Assembly: GCA_024679065.1 (NCBI GenBank)
Contig: JAGIQG010000016.1
Span: forward strand, 1,736,001-1,800,000
DNA length: 64,000 bases
Origin: Sphyrna mokarran
Lineage: Eukaryota
Direction of reading: 5' to 3'
The position numbers were made by a program, and so were the translations under genes. How positions within the stretch are numbered: position 1 is the first letter of the stretch; each line of letters opens with the position of its first letter. The notes below the pieces were generated by a model. The model saw only the letters and a list, made by a program, of their open reading frames with translations. It ran no database searches and was not told the origin of the DNA. This document shows positions 61,955-64,000 of this stretch, piece after piece.

Positions 61955-62800
61955 ATTGGATTGGATTTGATTTATTGTTGTCGCATGTATAGGGATACGA
62001 TGGAAAGTATTGTTTCCTGCACGATATACAGACAAAGCATACCATTCATAGAGAAGGAAACGAGAGAGTGCAGAATGTAGTGTTACAGACACAGCGAGGG
62101 TGTAGAGAAAGATCAACTTAATATAAGGTATGTCCATTCAAAAGTCTGACAGCAGCAGGGAAGAAGCTGTTCTTGAGTCGGTTGGTACGTGACCTCAGAC
62201 TTTTGTATCTTTTCCCGATGGAAGAATTTGGAAGAGAGAATGTCCGGGGTGTGTGGGGTCCTTAATTATACCGGCTGCTTTTCCCCGAGGCAGTGGGACG
62301 TGTAGACAGAGTCAATGGACGGGAGGCTGGTTTGTGTGATGGATTGGGCTACATTCACAACTTTTTGTAGTTCCTTGCGGTCTTGGGCAGAGCAGGAGCC
62401 CAGACCAAGCTGTGATACAACCAGAAAGAATGCTTTCTATGGGGCATCTGTAAAAGTTGGTGAGAGTCATAGCTTACATGCCAAATTTCCTTAGTCTTCT
62501 GAGAAAGTAGAGGCATTGGTGGGGTTTTCTTAACTATAGTGTCAGCACGGAGGGACCAGGACAGGTTGTTGGTGATGTGGGCACCTAAAAACTTGAAGCT
62601 TTTGACCATTTCTACTTTGTCCCCATTGACACAGCCAGGAACATATTCTCCACTACGCTTTTGCTGACATGATACTCAGGAACAGAGTATCATGACACCA
62701 GTTCACCATATTCTCTATCTCATTCCCGTAGTCTGTCTCATCATTGTTTGAAATCGACCCACTATACTGGTATCGTCAGCAAACTCAAAAAGCGAATTGA
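61955..62800 (-). mobile_element. Rex/Babar-like LINE 3' part
   Basis: SFKFLGAHITNNLSWS..DTIVKK (ORF 62355-62609), with a gatttgatttatt tail. Confidence 0.85.
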
Positions 62801-63442
62801 TTTTTGTCTGTATCATGTCCTTAGGCAGCACCTTCCAAACCCACCATCTCTACTATCTAGAAGGACAACGGCAGCAGATACCTGGGAACTCCCCCCACCT
62901 GGAGGTTCCCCTCCGAGTCACTCACCATCCCAACTTGGAAACATATCGGCCGTTCCTTCACTATCGCTGGGTCAAAATCTTGGCACTCCCTCCCTAACAG
63001 GACTGTGGGGGTGTACCTACACTACACAGGACTGCAGCAGGTTCAAAGGCTGAGCCTGGCCAGCGACACCCACACTCCTTAATCGATTACAAAAACATGC
63101 ATTCTATTGATGGGGCTGAGTGTGATTATTCAGCTGTCACTTTCCGTATTAATCACATTTCCCCTTTCGTATCCTGTGAGGTATCTTGCTATTATAAATA
63201 TCTTGCAGAAAACCAACAGCATGAATGACAAGAATTTTGTCAATGCTTTCATCTAAACCGAGACTCTTCAGGAAGCACCTGATGTGGCTTTGTGGTACGA
63301 AGTTTCTCCCTGGTAACACCACAGCAAACAAACATAAGCCTCAGGTCCATAGCCTCTGTCCAGTCCCCTCACCACTCAGTCACTAAGCTGAGAGAGGGGT
63401 AAAATCCTGTTTCATATAATGGCTCCTCTATTGAAGTATTGA

Positions 63443-64000
63443 AGGAGTGCCACAATGTCAGAGGGTCGGTGCTGAGGGAGTGCCACACTGTCAGAGGGTC
63501 AGTGCTGAGGGAGTGCTGCACTGTCAGAGGGTCAGTGCTGAGGGAGTGCCACACTGTCAGAGGGTCAGTGCTGAGGGAGTGCCACACTGTCAGAGGGTCA
63601 GTGCTGCGGGAGTGCCGCACTGTCAGAGGGTCAGTGCTGAGGGAGTGCCGCACTGTCAGAGGGTCAGTGCTGAGGGAGCGCCACACTGTCAGAAGGTCAG
63701 TGCTGAGGGAGTGCCGCACTGTCAGAGGGTCAGTGGTGAGGGAGCACCGCACTGTCAGAAGGTCAGTGCTGAGGAGTGCCGCACTGTCAGAGGTCAGTGC
63801 TGAGGGAGTGCCGCACTGTCAGAGGGTCAGTGCTGAGGGAGTGCCGCACTGTCAGAAGGTCAGTGCTGAGGGAGTGCCGCACTGTCAGAGGGTCAGTGCT
63901 GAGGGAGTGCCGCACTGTCAGAGGGTCAGTGCTGAGGGAGTGCCGCACTGTCAGAGGGTCAGTGCTGAGGGAGTGCCGCACTGTCAGAGGGTCAGTGCTG
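63443..64000 (+). repeat. 33-bp minisatellite (runs off the window)
   Basis: About 17 units. Confidence 0.97.

Overview
Repeat-rich vertebrate genomic DNA, very probably elasmobranch (shark/ray), inferred from HE1/V-SINE-type SINEs and abundant CR1 LINEs. It has one 100-N assembly gap (30320-30419). The only host gene I can support is a minus-strand Siglec/CD22-like Ig-superfamily gene. I reconstructed it by hand from GT-AG, phase-1 exons: signal peptide (29116-29171), V-set (25395-25757), C2 (23196-23489), C2 (16225-16485), a second V-set (9948-10301), C2 (4633-4932) and C2 (1803-2084). It continues off the left edge, so no TM or ITIM exons are visible. A candidate exon 1 and promoter lie at about 42636-42915. 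Both V-set domains keep the Siglec essential Arg and the Siglec cysteine pattern, giving an unusual (V-C2-C2)x2 ectodomain. The rest is CR1, L2-like, Rex/Babar-like and Penelope-like retroelements, SINEs, and at least eight minisatellite families, most traceable to short pieces of those retroelements. Coding-exon boundaries were read base by base; repeat boundaries are approximate.
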